A stretch of 50,972 nucleotides of DNA, from the IMG/VR virus record IMGVR_UViG_3300033141_003735; one strand, given 5' to 3'. How positions within the stretch are numbered: position 1 is the first letter of the stretch; every line of letters begins with the position of its first letter. Both the position numbers and the translations under genes were made by a program. Below the pieces are notes generated by a model. That model had not been told where the DNA came from, searched no databases, and worked only from the letters and a program-made list of their open reading frames with translations. Below are positions 26,139 through 35,757 of the stretch, piece after piece. The stretch comes from a virus.

Positions 26139-27169
26139 CAGCGAGTCTCCCTAAAATGAAGAATGGTATTGACCCGATTGTTTTCGTATTCGTATCTAAG
26201 CTCACTGCTGAAAGTCACATAATAGAGCATTTTCCACCAATATCGGTAATTTTCTAGAATATAGAAAGGCATACCCTTGCCTTTAGCTTCGTATATATCC
26301 AAGATAGTTTCATAATCGCTTGAGGCCAGACGCAGAAAATCATAAAAGAAATGTCTATGTCTCCAAGCGGGTCTGTCTGAAAGATAGCCCGTTCTATCAG
26401 CCCTGAATTCTTGGGATTCTTCTACAAAGTCTTTAGGCCGTCGTCTGAAGTTTTGTGTAACTTCAAAATAATCACCCAGGAATATACGCCCTATTTTAAA
26501 ATGCGGTTTGCAATATGGAACCATATCCCTATCCCCTCTAGTGCTTATGTCTTCTTCACCGTACAAGGCTCCTGAAAGCTCTGTAGTGTTCATAAGGATA
26601 CGCCAATATCTGTATGTCTTTTCCCCATTCCAGCATTTGACTATAGGCGTCTTATCGTCTACGATTTCAAGCTCATGGTCAACAGCCGGAGCTCCCCAGG
26701 CGTCTGCATCATTTGCCTGTATCTGTACAGTCGCCCCAGGATTAAACCAATGATTATCTATAACCAATGCTCTTACGGCTTTAGGCTCTCCAAAATCAGC
26801 CTTAAGCCATACGTCCTCTATCTTTCCTTGCCCGCTCCTCCAGCATCGGGAAAGCCAATGATGTTGAGTATGAGAAGCCGGAAACCTCAGTTGTTCACTG
26901 CTAGCTGTAATAGAGGCTTTATCCCAAAGATTATCCCACAAGAGCCTTAGTTTAGAGTCTTCTCTTTCTGCTGGAGTTATGCTGGAGTTCCTTATCGTAA
27001 ACCATAATTGGTGTCTGAATACCCCCAGGCAAAAGGGGACATATCTTATATGCTTTCTATAGACGCCCGTACACCAGGGAACGTATCTTATGGGATGTTC
27101 TATTTTAGGAAGGTCGTACACTGCCGAACGTATGAAAGAACCTCCGTTAAAATAATCATGTGTCATCAT
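26138..27169 (-). CDS. Tail tip protein with discoidin/galactose-binding-like domain, paralog of 28408..29178
   Basis: LRLLWDNLWDKASITASSEQLRFPASHTQHHWLSRCWRS...VRALVIDNH parallels MRVLWKNRWDDATLAATSEDPDFPVTNTQHRWHTRTYRS...VQALIIKNH in the paralog. Confidence 0.45.
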   Translation of the reverse strand: MMTHDYFNGGSFIRSAVYDLPKIEHPIRYVPWCTGVYRKHIRYVPFCLGVFRHQLWFTIRNSSITPAEREDSKLRLLWDNLWDKASITASSEQLRFPASHTQHHWLSRCWRSGQGKIEDVWLKADFGEPKAVRALVIDNHWFNPGATVQIQANDADAWGAPAVDHELEIVDDKTPIVKCWNGEKTYRYWRILMNTTELSGALYGEEDISTRGDRDMVPYCKPHFKIGRIFLGDYFEVTQNFRRRPKDFVEESQEFRADRTGYLSDRPAWRHRHFFYDFLRLASSDYETILDIYEAKGKGMPFYILENYRYWWKMLYYVTFSSELRYEYENNRVNTILHFRETR

Positions 27170-28408
27170 TTAACCTATTGTAAGCCTAAACCTTGCTATT
27201 TTTGCCTCTTGAGCCGCCCCTGTTGGGTCAGCCCGTAACCAAAAGGCTTTATATTCATTTTCAGTAAAAGAGCCTAAATTGACTGAATCGCCCCAAGCAC
27301 CAGGAGCGCCCGCCACATCTGGAGCTAATTCCAGAATATCCTCTGCATCTGTTCTATGGTCTGAAACAAAACCTATGGTAACATCTTCTGTCTCAGCTTC
27401 TAGTGCTTTAAGGTAATACTTTACAGGGGTAGAAGTCCTGTCTTTTGGAATAGAGCCTAAAGAAGCAGGCTCATATAACTCAATTCCGTTTGAGTCGCAA
27501 AAAATAAAACGAATTCTTGGAGTGTAAACTATCGAATGCTGGTCATCCAGCCCGTCACCAGGAAAAGTAACGTACGCTTCCCAGGCTTCATCAATCAGGT
27601 CAAATCTGTATATTCCATTATCATCATCCGTTATCCAAAATAAATATCTATCCCCGTCCCAAACAAGGGTATTTCCACCATAAGATGAGCCTAAATTAGC
27701 CGGCATAGAACCAATATTCGACCAGGAATTTGCAGCCACATCGTATTTATCAAATTTACTGTCATCACGAGTAAAATAAATATATTCTGGAGTCCCGCTT
27801 TCAGGCACTTGAGCCCACACCATGCCTCTAGCCTGTAAAGACCCATCAGTTCCCAAGGCATTATCTTTAACTGTCCAGCTCCCAGTAACGGGGTCAAACA
27901 TATAAAAATCTGTCGCATTGCGTATGGTTCTAATTACAAATATATTACCAGGTTGATTATTAGCCCAGGGAGGAACTACTGTAATTGCAGGGTCTGAAGA
28001 GGTTTGGACAGGAGGGTCTGGGGTTATAGACCAAACTTTTGTAGCATAAGAAAAGCACGATGGGCTATCATAGCTATTAAATACCACATATATTTTTCCC
28101 CCATAATCCTGAGCCATCATACCATGTTCAAATTGGTCTAGGATATCAGGGTCTTGGGGATAATCAGAAAGTTCAAGTGTATGGATATTTAACCTTTTTT
28201 TAACATAATCTACATCAGCTATCGCATCTTGAATATAAATCCAGATATAAAAACCCCCGTCCCATACTCCCATAGAATCAGCTTGGTCTTCAAAATCAGG
28301 GAGTTTCGCCACATCTGACCATTCACCAGTGGCAATATTATACCGTTTCAAATATCTATTAGCATTATTCTCGACCCAGCACCAAAGGCTTTCATCTATT
28401 GCAGCCAT
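27170..28408 (-). CDS. Kelch-like beta-propeller repeat protein in the tail module
   Basis: At least five repeats of the form (Y/F)(N/D)xxxxxW: RYNIATGEWSDV, ATKVWSITP, MFDPVTGSWTV, KYDVAANSWSNI, RFDLIDEAWEAY. Confidence 0.45.
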   Translation of the reverse strand: MAAIDESLWCWVENNANRYLKRYNIATGEWSDVAKLPDFEDQADSMGVWDGGFYIWIYIQDAIADVDYVKKRLNIHTLELSDYPQDPDILDQFEHGMMAQDYGGKIYVVFNSYDSPSCFSYATKVWSITPDPPVQTSSDPAITVVPPWANNQPGNIFVIRTIRNATDFYMFDPVTGSWTVKDNALGTDGSLQARGMVWAQVPESGTPEYIYFTRDDSKFDKYDVAANSWSNIGSMPANLGSSYGGNTLVWDGDRYLFWITDDDNGIYRFDLIDEAWEAYVTFPGDGLDDQHSIVYTPRIRFIFCDSNGIELYEPASLGSIPKDRTSTPVKYYLKALEAETEDVTIGFVSDHRTDAEDILELAPDVAGAPGAWGDSVNLGSFTENEYKAFWLRADPTGAAQEAKIARFRLTIG

Positions 28409-29178
28409 TACAAAAGCTCCTCTACTTCTAAACTAAAAGTGTAAAAACCTTTTTCTCTGGGGTCAAAACTCCAATCGCTTAAGTTTTGGACATACCAGGT
28501 GTCTTTATAAGCCAAGGCTGCATTAGCGTCATCACAGATAAAATAGTCCTTTGACTTACCCACTTCAAGCCAGATATCCCAAAGGCTTTCAAAATCATCT
28601 GCGTTTACAGCACTGAAACCGAAAGCCCATTCCTTGTACCTAGGCTTCTGGTCGCTTGATATCTGCCCGCCCGTCGAACGCTTAACCGTAGAGAGGTCTC
28701 TGAATACAGGCGACCGAGTCCTTATGTCATAATGGAACTCAAAAAAAGACCCTAAGTAGATACGCCCTATTTCTATGTACCCATCAGCATTTGCAGAATC
28801 GATTAGACATAGTCTCCAATATCTGTAATTTTTAACGCTCCCGAAAAATAGAATAATAAGTCCTGGGGTTACGGATATGACTACATCAATAGCCCCCCAA
28901 GGATCCGCATCACTTACTCTAGCCTGGAGCCTCAGTTCATCTCCTGAATTAGTCATGTCCAGGTTATGGTTTTTGATTATAAGGGCTTGCACGTCATAGT
29001 CGCTCCCTAAGTCTGCCTCTATGTCTATGCTTGCACCGCTTAGTCCGGCCTCGCTTCTGTAAGTTCGAGTATGCCAACGGTGCTGAGTGTTGGTTACGGG
29101 AAAGTCTGGATCCTCGCTTGTTGCAGCAAGCGTAGCATCATCCCAGCGGTTTTTCCAGAGTACTCTCATATTGCTCAT
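28408..29178 (-). CDS. Distal tail-like protein with discoidin/galactose-binding-like domain
   Basis: First gene after the tape measure; paralogous to 26138..27169. Confidence 0.45.
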   Translation of the reverse strand: MSNMRVLWKNRWDDATLAATSEDPDFPVTNTQHRWHTRTYRSEAGLSGASIDIEADLGSDYDVQALIIKNHNLDMTNSGDELRLQARVSDADPWGAIDVVISVTPGLIILFFGSVKNYRYWRLCLIDSANADGYIEIGRIYLGSFFEFHYDIRTRSPVFRDLSTVKRSTGGQISSDQKPRYKEWAFGFSAVNADDFESLWDIWLEVGKSKDYFICDDANAALAYKDTWYVQNLSDWSFDPREKGFYTFSLEVEELL

Positions 29179-32100
29179 AACGTACCCCTTACAGCACTCA
29201 AAGACACCGGTACCCTGCCTTTTGTGATTTTTTTCTCAAGGTAATTTACCTTTTCGACCACGAATTTAATGAGGTTGCCGTCATCTTTTGGTATGAGAAT
29301 AGGCTTTATTTGCACATTAACGTTTCCCGTCCCCCCAGCTTGAGCACCGGCAGCCGGAGGTGGGGCATGGTAAATATCCACCCGCTCTCCACGGTGTGCT
29401 TCAAATAGCTGTTCTTGACTTTTAACATACCAAGAACCTTCTTGTTGTGCACTTATAGCTAGAGTGTCTACGGTTGTCCCTATGTTAACTTTTGCCCCAA
29501 AACTTGTTCCTTTAATTTTTTTACTCAGCCGATCTATCTCTCCCATCGCTCCTTTTACGCCTGACTCAAAAGAGCCTTTGAAGGTTTCCCCCGCAGATAA
29601 TATGTCATTTGTCATAGAAGAAAACGCTTCTCTGCTTTTCCCTGAAATAGCATCAAAAGCAGCTCCTGATTTTTCCTCTAAATGCTTCTTAAATGCCTCC
29701 CCGATTTTAGCTGATTGCTCTTCTATGCCGTTGAAAGCTTGAACACCTTTTTCTTTTACCCTATCAAAACCTTTTCTGCCTCCGGATTCGACATTGTCCT
29801 CAATTGATTTTCCGGCTATCTCGGCTTCTCTGTTTAACTCATCAAATACTTCATCGCCCCTCTTGCCCATTGTAGAAAATCCTTCTACTCCTGCTTGGCC
29901 AATTCCTCTTGCAGCCTCTTGTCCCTCTTCTCCAAACTCCGCCATTTTTCCCATAGCTTTCTGCATGGCGGCTGGGATCTCTCCACCTAGGGCTTTTATG
30001 ATTTCACCAAAGCCGGCCAGCATGATGTCATTCGTTTCCATCTGCGCTTCTTTAATTAGACCTTGTTCTTCAGCTTGATTTATTAACTTCTGGGTATTAG
30101 CATCCAAAGACAATCCTTGTTCCTGGGAAAGGTAATTTAAACGTTCCAGGGTGGGAGCCATCTGAGCCAAAGCTTGATTCCCACTTAACCCTGCTTCTGT
30201 TAGTTGGTTATAGTAGTTGCCGGCTTCTTTAGCAGCGTTCGATAATGTCTCCTGGTTCAGGCTTCCTGTATTCCCAAGAGCATTGAGGACTGCTAAATTG
30301 CCTTCGATTGCACTCATTAACCCCTTGTTAGCTTCTGTAACTTCCCGTACTTTTAGAAGTTCCTGAATAGCCGCTGACGCTTGCGTCCCGTTCTCTTTGT
30401 GCTTCTCTGATATCTTATCCAGCACGCTATATACAGCTAAGGTCTGCGTCTCTAACCTGGCCATAGCTTCTTCATTGTTTCCTACGCCTTCAGCCATTGC
30501 GGCCAGGCCTTCGGCTGCGTTCATAGAGCTGCCCTGCACTACGCCAAGCTGGTCATTTATGTAGTCTGTAACCTCAGCAACTTCAACGCCGGAGGTTTTG
30601 ACCTGATTAATAAAATTGACCATAGAGGCAGAACCCTCAGTCCCAAAGTCTTGAGCACTCTCGAGAAGGGTGTTAAATGAACTGCCAAGAGTTTCTGCAC
30701 CCTCTGCTGCACTAATTTCTCCGGACGCTATTGCACCAAGTGTATTTGTTGCATCGCTCCAGAGCTGTTCTACATTGTCTTGTGTTATTTCTATATCTTC
30801 TAGAATTTCATCAAAATGCTTTGCCTCGGCAGCGGCTTGGCTCATACCATCCTTCATATCCGTTGCTATTGCTTTAGCCGTAGCCTCTGAAACTTTACCG
30901 TATCTCTCAAGGCTTTTTGTAACACTTTCAACCGAATCTGCAAATTTTTCTGCCTCTGTCTTAGGTTTCTTAAAGAGCCCTCCAAGTAAGCCTCCAACGA
31001 TTGAACCGACAGCACTGCCAATAGGGCCAAACATACCTCCAATTGACTGCCCAAGGCTTGCACCCATCCTTGCAAAAGTTTCTCGACCTTCTTTTGACGC
31101 ACCACTGATGGCCGAGCCTATCATGCCTCCGAGACCTCCTAACTGACCAGAAACAGAGCTAAGAGCACCTCCAACCCCACCCTCTAAATTATTAGATAAA
31201 TTGGAAACAAACTGATTGACAGTGCTTCCTAACTCTGAAAGTATGCCTCCCCAAGTTCCTCCTATTGATTCTCCAAGCCCAATAATACCAGTAGCAAGAG
31301 TTGCAAAGTTTTTTTCATTTTTAGAAATGAATTCAGCCCAAAAGGAAGCGGTCTTCTTGGAGGCTTCGAATGCTTTGATTTCTGCTTGTGTCAAACCTGG
31401 AATAGCGGATCCGCTGAGCTCATTTGTGGCCTCTATGGCTTCAGTCCTCAGCTTCTCTCCTAGTACCTCTGCGTCTTTAGCAGCTTTTTCAAAAAATTCC
31501 GCTGAGATTTCATCTGCGGTTTTAAGCCCTTCCTGCCAAATCCTTAAGTTTTCGGCTTCTAATAGCTCATTAAATTCTTCTTGTGAAGGTTTAAGATTAT
31601 CAAGGCTGGCCTTGAGCTCATCTATAGCCGGGATGGTAATAGTCTTTATGACCTCACCTTGAGTATGACTGCTTCCCGCAGCTTCCTCTGTTGCCTTCTT
31701 GAGTTCTTCTTTAGCTTTCTTTTCCTCAAGTTCCTTTTTAGTTAATAGTTCGGTTATATTTACATTATCTTCTATAACTTTGGCTGTTTCGCTTCCGGCT
31801 TCTTTTAATATTTGATAAGCTTCTTTTAGGCTGGTCATTTCGCGGCCGGCTATTTTGGATGCCTCGTTCATGGCCTCCATTCTTATAGAGCCCTCTCGAG
31901 TCCGATTCGCCACCTCGTCTAATTCTTCAGTCAAGTTATCATAAGCAATATCCAAGCCAAGTATCGATGCCGTTAAGCCCTGTATTTTTTCATCTAAACC
32001 AGGGATTTGCCTTAATAGGTTTCCTATAAATAAACCGCCTGCAAAAGCCGTTGCGACCATACCAACTGGGGATTTTAAAGCCGTAAAAGCAATTTTTAAC

Positions 32101-33005
32101 CCACCGACCCCTTTTATTAGAGTCGGTAGCATCATTGATATGGGCCCCAATGCAAGTAATAACCCACCAAGCCCAGATACTACTTTAGTTATCATCCCAG
32201 CTAATGCTTCGTGTTCTTTCCCCCAATCCTTAAATTTGGTAATGATACCAGATATTTTCTCGACAAATCCTGTTATGGCTGGGACGATATGGTCTGCAAT
32301 CAATATTGCCAGTCCAGATACGGCTTGCTTTAGAGTCGTCTGAGCATCAGCTAATCTGGCTGCCTTATTTGCTGCTTCTTGGTCAAAGACAATCCCCATC
32401 TCATGGGCTTTTTGTTTTAATTCTTCTAGTCCCTCAGCTCCGGCTGCAAATAGCGGGAGGAGCTTAGTCCCAGCCCTTCCAAATATATCTTGCGCAGTGG
32501 CCGCCCGAACAGTAGGGTCTTCTACGTTTGCAATTGCAGTTGCAATCTTATCAAACTGTTCTTCAGGCGAAAGTCCGATTAATTTTTCATAGTCAACATT
32601 GATTCGCTCAAAAGCTCTCTGGTACGTGGCCATTCCCTCACCAGCATCTACAATAGTTTTGGCCATACGCTTGACGCCTTTTTCTAGAGCACCTATATCC
32701 GCACCCGCTATTTGTGCTGCATACCGAAGTTCAGATAATCTTTCAGTTGAGAAGCCAGTCCTTAACGCCATCTTATGGACTTCATCGCCGGCCTTAACAT
32801 AGTTTTTTACCATTAGGCCAAGAGTACCAACAATTGCACCACCGGCAATGGTCGCAGCTTGACCAAATTGCCTAAACTTCTTGCTGTTCTTCTCTACAAA
32901 ACCACCAAAGCCTTGGACGTTTGTTTTAGCTGTCTTTATGGCTCTGGAAAAAGCAGACGTATCCAGTTCCAGCTTACTCTTTATTGCACCTGCTAAAAAT
33001 GCCAT
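29175..33005 (-). CDS. Tape measure protein
   Basis: 1276 aa, Ala/Gly/Glu-rich with hydrophobic glycine-zipper segments, immediately after the G/GT chaperones. Confidence 0.85.
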   Translation of the reverse strand: MAFLAGAIKSKLELDTSAFSRAIKTAKTNVQGFGGFVEKNSKKFRQFGQAATIAGGAIVGTLGLMVKNYVKAGDEVHKMALRTGFSTERLSELRYAAQIAGADIGALEKGVKRMAKTIVDAGEGMATYQRAFERINVDYEKLIGLSPEEQFDKIATAIANVEDPTVRAATAQDIFGRAGTKLLPLFAAGAEGLEELKQKAHEMGIVFDQEAANKAARLADAQTTLKQAVSGLAILIADHIVPAITGFVEKISGIITKFKDWGKEHEALAGMITKVVSGLGGLLLALGPISMMLPTLIKGVGGLKIAFTALKSPVGMVATAFAGGLFIGNLLRQIPGLDEKIQGLTASILGLDIAYDNLTEELDEVANRTREGSIRMEAMNEASKIAGREMTSLKEAYQILKEAGSETAKVIEDNVNITELLTKKELEEKKAKEELKKATEEAAGSSHTQGEVIKTITIPAIDELKASLDNLKPSQEEFNELLEAENLRIWQEGLKTADEISAEFFEKAAKDAEVLGEKLRTEAIEATNELSGSAIPGLTQAEIKAFEASKKTASFWAEFISKNEKNFATLATGIIGLGESIGGTWGGILSELGSTVNQFVSNLSNNLEGGVGGALSSVSGQLGGLGGMIGSAISGASKEGRETFARMGASLGQSIGGMFGPIGSAVGSIVGGLLGGLFKKPKTEAEKFADSVESVTKSLERYGKVSEATAKAIATDMKDGMSQAAAEAKHFDEILEDIEITQDNVEQLWSDATNTLGAIASGEISAAEGAETLGSSFNTLLESAQDFGTEGSASMVNFINQVKTSGVEVAEVTDYINDQLGVVQGSSMNAAEGLAAMAEGVGNNEEAMARLETQTLAVYSVLDKISEKHKENGTQASAAIQELLKVREVTEANKGLMSAIEGNLAVLNALGNTGSLNQETLSNAAKEAGNYYNQLTEAGLSGNQALAQMAPTLERLNYLSQEQGLSLDANTQKLINQAEEQGLIKEAQMETNDIMLAGFGEIIKALGGEIPAAMQKAMGKMAEFGEEGQEAARGIGQAGVEGFSTMGKRGDEVFDELNREAEIAGKSIEDNVESGGRKGFDRVKEKGVQAFNGIEEQSAKIGEAFKKHLEEKSGAAFDAISGKSREAFSSMTNDILSAGETFKGSFESGVKGAMGEIDRLSKKIKGTSFGAKVNIGTTVDTLAISAQQEGSWYVKSQEQLFEAHRGERVDIYHAPPPAAGAQAGGTGNVNVQIKPILIPKDDGNLIKFVVEKVNYLEKKITKGRVPVSLSAVRGTL

Positions 33006-33006
33006 A

Positions 33007-33315
33007 TTATTCCTCTAGCTCCTTTTCGATGAGCTCCATCTCTTCTTCTTCTTCTTTCTCAAGACTCTTAAAGCCCCACTTAATACTCATTAATTCTTGG
33101 TTTACAGCCTGCGATGACGCACCAAAAGCCAACCTCATGTTATAGAGTAATTCTCTTTTTTTAGTTAGACTATCCCTGTGTTTTTTTCTTTCTGCTTCCT
33201 CAAACCAGAATTCTTCATCCCGAAAATCCAAGTTAAGAAGCTCTTCATAGGTAAAGCCTGGAAACTCACTCCAAATAAACGCAAGCCGCTGTCCCCAGGC
33301 CCTGGTCAGTTTTTT
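33007..33315 (-). CDS. T-like extension of the tail assembly chaperone, reached by -1 frameshift from 33306..33647
   Basis: The -1 frame is open from the slippery site into tracked ORF 33007..33231 (...KKLTRAWGQRLAFIWSEFPGFTYEELLNLDFRDEEFW...). Confidence 0.65.
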   Translation of the reverse strand, partial: KKLTRAWGQRLAFIWSEFPGFTYEELLNLDFRDEEFWFEEAERKKHRDSLTKKRELLYNMRLAFGASSQAVNQELMSIKWGFKSLEKEEEEEMELIEKELEE

Positions 33316-33647
33316 GGGTTCTTAGGTATTTTCCTTTTCGGCTCCTTAGTATTTGTTCGCTTAGTAGGTGCAAAGAAAATTTCTCTTGAAATCTGATTCA
33401 GAATATGCTGAGCATCTCTATAGTCTATTCTCTCTACCTTCTTAACGGGTGCATTCAGCATCAAAGCCAGCTGTTTATATACAGCTTCCACCTGTTTCGG
33501 GAGGCTAGCGTCCTTTTTAGGCTCTAAGGGAATTATCTTTTTAAATAAACCCCGATCTACTTTCTCAATAGAGTAAATCTCTCCGTCTATTTCAATTTCA
33601 ATAGGTTCAAACAAACTCTTCTTTGTGCTAATTGTAATCTTTGGCAT
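33306..33647 (-). CDS. Tail assembly chaperone (gpG-like)
   Basis: 113 aa between the major tail protein and the tape measure; ends in a slippery heptamer adjacent to its stop. Confidence 0.65.
   Translation of the reverse strand: MPKITISTKKSLFEPIEIEIDGEIYSIEKVDRGLFKKIIPLEPKKDASLPKQVEAVYKQLALMLNAPVKKVERIDYRDAQHILNQISREIFFAPTKRTNTKEPKRKIPKNPKN
33309..33315 (-). promoter_or_regulatory. Programmed -1 frameshift slippery heptamer A_AAA_AAC
   Basis: The minus strand reads cc A AAA AAC TGA; the plus strand is gtttttt at 33309..33315. Confidence 0.6.
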
Positions 33648-33657
33648 CTACAGCTCC

Positions 33658-34179
33658 TTAGGCATTTTTCCCTACGGTTCCAAATTTCCCAACTTGACCT
33701 GAGACTTGAGATACGAAAACCCAGAATTCAACATTGAACACCTTTTGGGTCGACCTATCATAGGCTAGTTCAAAAGCTCTCCTGTAAGAACAGTGATAAA
33801 GAATTATCCATTGAGATGAAGTTTCATCCGGTGTTCCTTCTAACCTGCGTTTTATGGCAATCTCTTTTGCGTCCTCCCTCATTGCTTGACCTGCTAGATT
33901 CGGAATATCAATCTCGTCTCCATCAACCGTACCCCCCAGCACTACTGCTAATTGTTCTAGAGTAGATCGCGCCATAGGAACTGTAAGAAGTATTTTCATC
34001 CCTCCTCTAACAGCATCTACAGGGGCATCACCAAAGTCTTCTTCTTCCACGGGATTAATAGTTTCGTCGCCCGATAAACTAACTGTTCCATAGTGTGGGC
34101 TCAAGGAAATTTCATTAACTCCCCCATGATCCCATACTATCTCTGCCGCACTAATGTCTCCCATTGGTAATTGTGGCAT
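33658..34179 (-). CDS. Major tail (tube) protein
   Basis: 173 aa, strong GGAGG Shine-Dalgarno site, immediately upstream of the chaperone pair. No sheath gene is present, which implies a non-contractile tail. Confidence 0.6.
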   Translation of the reverse strand: MPQLPMGDISAAEIVWDHGGVNEISLSPHYGTVSLSGDETINPVEEEDFGDAPVDAVRGGMKILLTVPMARSTLEQLAVVLGGTVDGDEIDIPNLAGQAMREDAKEIAIKRRLEGTPDETSSQWIILYHCSYRRAFELAYDRSTQKVFNVEFWVFVSQVSGQVGKFGTVGKNA

Positions 34180-34295
34180 TTTTTTACCTCCATATTTTTA
34201 ATTTAGAGACTATTATATGTCTCCCAGTTTTATAAGAGCTAAGAAATTATCAACCTCCTCAGCTCTTTTTTTATGTTTCATTAAAGCCTCTCCTC

Positions 34296-34733
34296 TTATT
34301 CCTGCATGATTTTAAAAGTATAATTGGTCGAAAAAACATACAGTCCGTCATCGCCTGGATTAGCGATAGGCGTTGGTTTTGCGTCTGCCTGGACTACCAG
34401 CACAGTATATATGCCTTCTCCTAAATCTGGAAGATTGAACCATCCTGATACTTGGTCTAAAAAATGCAAAAAATTATACACCTCTAAAGCATCGCCTCGA
34501 GCTGTAAAATACGTTTTAGCTCGATTCCATATTTGTATAGGCTTGTCTATTCTATCTTTTAGGTACATATCAGTAGCCGGACTAGCGTTTTCCAGAACAG
34601 CCATAATCCTAGGCGGAGGCTTGACATCATTTATATTCCTTGCAGGGATATGACCCGCAAAGAAATTATCATCCCTTACCCAGGGCGGCCCCAGCCCTTC
34701 ATCAAGTATAAGAGTAGCTATTTCCTTAAGCAT
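34296..34733 (-). CDS. Tail terminator / tail completion-like protein
   Basis: 145 aa; call rests on position between the gp10-like gene and the major tail protein. Confidence 0.4.
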   Translation of the reverse strand: MLKEIATLILDEGLGPPWVRDDNFFAGHIPARNINDVKPPPRIMAVLENASPATDMYLKDRIDKPIQIWNRAKTYFTARGDALEVYNFLHFLDQVSGWFNLPDLGEGIYTVLVVQADAKPTPIANPGDDGLYVFSTNYTFKIMQE

Positions 34734-34734
34734 A

Positions 34735-35115
34735 TCATCCTCTTAACTCATCAGCCAGCATAGCTATATATTTATCCCTATTTTTTGTAATTTTACTCTC
34801 CAGAAATTTAGGCCCTGAACCCGGAAGGGTAAATTCATTGCTTGATGGCATCTCATGGACAAACGCTGCATATTCTGTGTTAAAACCTACTTCTAAAGTT
34901 AATTTATCCAGCCACTCGTTCACTACTTTACTTCTCCAAAGCAGCCCTGTTTTATGCGGAGCGTAAGGCTCCTCTTCTATAGCGTCAGCCATGATTTTGA
35001 TTCCTACTCTCCCCAAGGCTTTATGACCTTTTGAGGGGATTTGGCGTTTAGTGATATCGTCAAAATCCTTAATGAAATCTGAATAATCCACCTGGAACTT
35101 GCATTCGTTTTTCAT
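34735..35115 (-). CDS. HK97 gp10-family tail component
   Basis: ALGRVGIKIMADAIEEEPYAPHKTGLLWRS...EYAAFVHE matches the gp10-family pattern (P..tG.L..S ... YA..vE). Confidence 0.55.
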   Translation of the reverse strand: MKNECKFQVDYSDFIKDFDDITKRQIPSKGHKALGRVGIKIMADAIEEEPYAPHKTGLLWRSKVVNEWLDKLTLEVGFNTEYAAFVHEMPSSNEFTLPGSGPKFLESKITKNRDKYIAMLADELRG

Positions 35116-35414
35116 CTGATATCTACCTCTTGGTGATGTTCATTTTTCATGTCTTTAGGCTTAGCGATTTTTAGATGGTCGTAACTGTCCCCTGGTATCC
35201 TTATCTTTGTCGTCTGTTTTATAATCTGTTTAGGACTAAAAAATATAAGAGCAAAGCTTACCACTTGCTCACCCTCGGCATTTCTTACCAGCCGATTTCC
35301 GTATTCTATTCGGCAAGATACGTTTTTTTCTACACTCACCGAGGCTTCCCCCCAAGCACCTGGGGTTTCAAGCACCAAATCTACGTTATCCGGAAACAAA
35401 TGCGATATGTTCAT
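35112..35414 (-). CDS. Head-tail adaptor / head closure-like protein
   Basis: 100 aa; call rests on synteny. Confidence 0.4.
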   Translation of the reverse strand: MNISHLFPDNVDLVLETPGAWGEASVSVEKNVSCRIEYGNRLVRNAEGEQVVSFALIFFSPKQIIKQTTKIRIPGDSYDHLKIAKPKDMKNEHHQEVDIR

Positions 35415-35454
35415 AAGTCCTCCATAAAAATATTAAGTCCATTTGCTCGAAATG

Positions 35455-35757
35455 TCAAAATTTTAGCCCTCCTATCATCTCCATTTTATGCTTCAAATCG
35501 TAAACCATATCCTGTATTTCAGAACTAAATTCTTTCATTGAAGAGTATTTTTCTTTTTTAGTAGCATTTATTTTTGTGTTCAAAACTTCATCTGTTACTT
35601 CAACATCTTGAATTCCAAAATATTTAATGATTGAATCCAAGTGATCTTTATCTCTGACCATTTCCTTAAATGAAATGACCTTATACTCTTTCTTCATCGA
35701 ATAATAGAGAAGCTTGATTATACTTTTCTCAAGGTCTTCAAAGAATCCTAAACTCAT
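35455..35757 (-). CDS. Truncated sulfotransferase-like paralog (C-terminal half only)
   Basis: Starts at GFFEDLE, the same motif as residues around 40 of the neighbouring sulfotransferase. It has VISFKEMVRDKDHLDSIIKYFGI but no PAPS-binding loop. Confidence 0.4.
   Translation of the reverse strand: MSLGFFEDLEKSIIKLLYYSMKKEYKVISFKEMVRDKDHLDSIIKYFGIQDVEVTDEVLNTKINATKKEKYSSMKEFSSEIQDMVYDLKHKMEMIGGLKF

Noticed and set aside
30670-31662. Long plus-strand ORFs (158 and 148 aa) antisense to the tape measure gene
   Set aside because: They are Ala/Ser/Pro-rich mirror-image products of a GC-richer Ala/Gly/Glu-rich gene. They have no start context, promoter or recognisable domain, unlike the intein-antisense ORF.
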